From NCBI GenBank assembly GCA_046313635.1, contig JBKBYA010000006.1:1-64000 (forward strand): DNA of 64,000 nt, given 5' to 3'. Positions within the stretch are counted from its first letter, which is position 1; each line of letters begins with the position of its first letter. The DNA comes from Pyrinomonadaceae bacterium. Its GTDB lineage: Bacteria > Acidobacteriota > Blastocatellia > Pyrinomonadales > Pyrinomonadaceae. This document shows, piece after piece, positions 62,440 through 64,000 of this stretch. The position numbers were made by a program, and so were the translations under genes. A model generated the notes under the pieces. That model saw only the letters and a program-made list of their open reading frames with translations. It did not search any database and was not told where the DNA came from.

Positions 62440-63033
62440 TTGGCAGCTATAACGGCGGCAACTGAGACCAACGGTCCTGAACTCGTGCGGCGGGCGCGCG
62501 GCGGCGATGCCGCGGCCTGGGAAGAGATCGTATCGGCCTATTCACGGCGGATCTTTAATCTCGCGTACCGGTTTACGTCAAGCGTCGATGCGGCTGAGGA
62601 TCTCACCCAGGACGTCTTTATCCGCATCTACCGCACGCTCGACCAGTACGACCCGAAGCAGGGCGACCTGTCGAATTGGCTGATGAGGCTCGCACGAAAT
62701 TTGATAATTGACGACTACAGGCACCGGCAGCGAAATCCGCAGAATTCGATGGCCGACGCCGTGGACGACCATCAGTACCATCTGCGTGCGGTCGGCACGT
62801 CGGCGCAAAAAGAGATCGAACGAAAGGAGCTCGCGGCGCAAGTGCAGGAGGGCATCGACAAGCTCCCGCCCGATCTGAGGACCTGCGTCATACTGCGGGA
62901 CATCGAGGAGCTGACATACCAGGAGATCGTTGACGTCCTTAAGATCCCGGAAGGCACAGTAAAATCGCGTATCAACCGCGGACGGATCGAGCTGGCAAAG
63001 ATCTTGCGGCGAATGAGGGTCGTGACCGTATAG
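62440..63033 (+). CDS. ECF RNA polymerase sigma factor
   Basis: AEDLTQDVF, WLMRLARN..IDDYR, TYQEI...IPEGTVKSRINRGR; GGAG RBS. Confidence 0.95.
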   Translation: MAAITAATETNGPELVRRARGGDAAAWEEIVSAYSRRIFNLAYRFTSSVDAAEDLTQDVFIRIYRTLDQYDPKQGDLSNWLMRLARNLIIDDYRHRQRNPQNSMADAVDDHQYHLRAVGTSAQKEIERKELAAQVQEGIDKLPPDLRTCVILRDIEELTYQEIVDVLKIPEGTVKSRINRGRIELAKILRRMRVVTV

Positions 63034-63040
63034 CGGAAGA

Positions 63041-63856
63041 GTGGCAGAGAAGAAAATGAACGGCGGCAACAACATTATGATCGACTGCTCGCGATTTGAA
63101 GAGCTCTTGTCCGATTATCTGGACAAGACGCTCGACGCTCGCACGCAGGCCGCCGCCGCCGAGCACGCGCTTGCCTGCCCGCTCTGCCATTCGCTCCTGA
63201 ACGACGTTCGCGAGTCGATCCAGGCCTGCCGGGCGATCAGCGCTCCCGCACCCGTGATCGCAAGACTCGAGGCCAGGGTCCTCGAGGCGACGATACCCGA
63301 CGCTGCGATGGCCTGCGCCGACTTTGAAGAGCATTTGACCGATTATCTCGACGGCTTTCTCCCGGCAAATGTCTTCCATCGCTGGGAGCGGCATGCAGTC
63401 ATCTGCGACGAATGTACCGACCTGCCCGGAATGGTCGTCCGTTCGATCGCCGCCTGCTATACCTACAAGACCGAAGAACTGCCCGTGCCCGCGGGCCTCG
63501 AAGCGAGGATCCTGCAGGCGACAACCGGTGCGCTGGAGGCGCGGCGTTTGAAGGCGTCACGCTGGGTCCAAATGGTCGACCGCATTCGCTCATTCGCGTG
63601 GCCGATCCCCGCGGTACCGCAGCTCGCTCCGGTCGCGATGATGCTGCTGGTCGCTTTCTTTGTATTCACTCAGGCGGTCTCGGCTGACGGAACGCTTTCG
63701 GGCGTTTATCAAAAGGGATTTGAGCTTGCAGAGCGGACGTATCAGCAAAGCGCCGAGGCCCTCAACGGCGGCAGCGCAGCAGTGCTGCCCGAGGAGCAGA
63801 AGGACCCTGTGACCGGGACGACCTATGTCGGCGGCGAGGACAATGGCCGAAAGTAA
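63041..63856 (+). CDS. Anti-sigma factor with two zf-HC2 domains and one TM helix
   Basis: C...LSDYLD...HALACPLC and C...LTDYLD...HAVICDEC. Confidence 0.88.
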   Translation: MAEKKMNGGNNIMIDCSRFEELLSDYLDKTLDARTQAAAAEHALACPLCHSLLNDVRESIQACRAISAPAPVIARLEARVLEATIPDAAMACADFEEHLTDYLDGFLPANVFHRWERHAVICDECTDLPGMVVRSIAACYTYKTEELPVPAGLEARILQATTGALEARRLKASRWVQMVDRIRSFAWPIPAVPQLAPVAMMLLVAFFVFTQAVSADGTLSGVYQKGFELAERTYQQSAEALNGGSAAVLPEEQKDPVTGTTYVGGEDNGRK

Positions 63857-64000
63857 ATGAATTGCGCGTACCACATTCATAACCCCGCGCTGGTCAACTG
63901 CAATAGCTGCGGCAAGCCTCTGTGCCCGAGCTGCGACCACCGCATCAAGGGGTTTCCATATTGTCAGGACTGCATCGTCGACGGCGTCGAGATGCTGCGG
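63857..64000 (+). CDS. B-box-like zinc finger protein, 3'-truncated
   Basis: MNCAYH...CNSCGKPLCPSC...YCQDC; starts immediately after the anti-sigma stop. Confidence 0.8.
   Translation, partial: MNCAYHIHNPALVNCNSCGKPLCPSCDHRIKGFPYCQDCIVDGVEMLR

Overview
GC-rich bacterial chromosomal segment. Gene content (several secreted FG-GAP-repeat proteins, Acidobacteria-type VWA proteins, Ser/Thr kinases) suggests Acidobacteriota, probably Blastocatellia; this is an inference. It is mostly core genome: pckG, xseAB, recA, tRNA-Phe, galTK, rarA, msrPQ, rpiB-deoC, hpt, rplU-rpmA-obgE-nadD-rsfS-rlmH, tsaD, deoB, trxA, lon, nrdR and an ECF sigma operon. I saw no prophage, transposase, integrase or CRISPR array. 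Main observations: (1) a ~500-nt, independently transcribed, highly structured candidate large ncRNA between rpmA and obgE, with its own sigma70 promoter, several GNRA hairpins, long-range closing helices, a terminator and an upstream DnaA-box cluster; (2) a peroxiredoxin split by the ORF track whose catalytic codon is an in-frame UGA followed by a SECIS-like hairpin (likely selenoprotein); (3) DeoC and RpiB carrying microcompartment encapsulation-peptide-like N-termini with no shell genes in view; (4) an uncalled 53-aa ORF coupled to galT; (5) a membrane pseudokinase next to a TPR-TonB protein; (6) an Rrf2 redox module with two TGTAAC-N7-G(T/C)TACA operators and a decayed gene; (7) several REP/MITE-like and inverted tandem-repeat intergenic elements. 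All assignments come from reading motifs by eye; no searches or folding programs were run.
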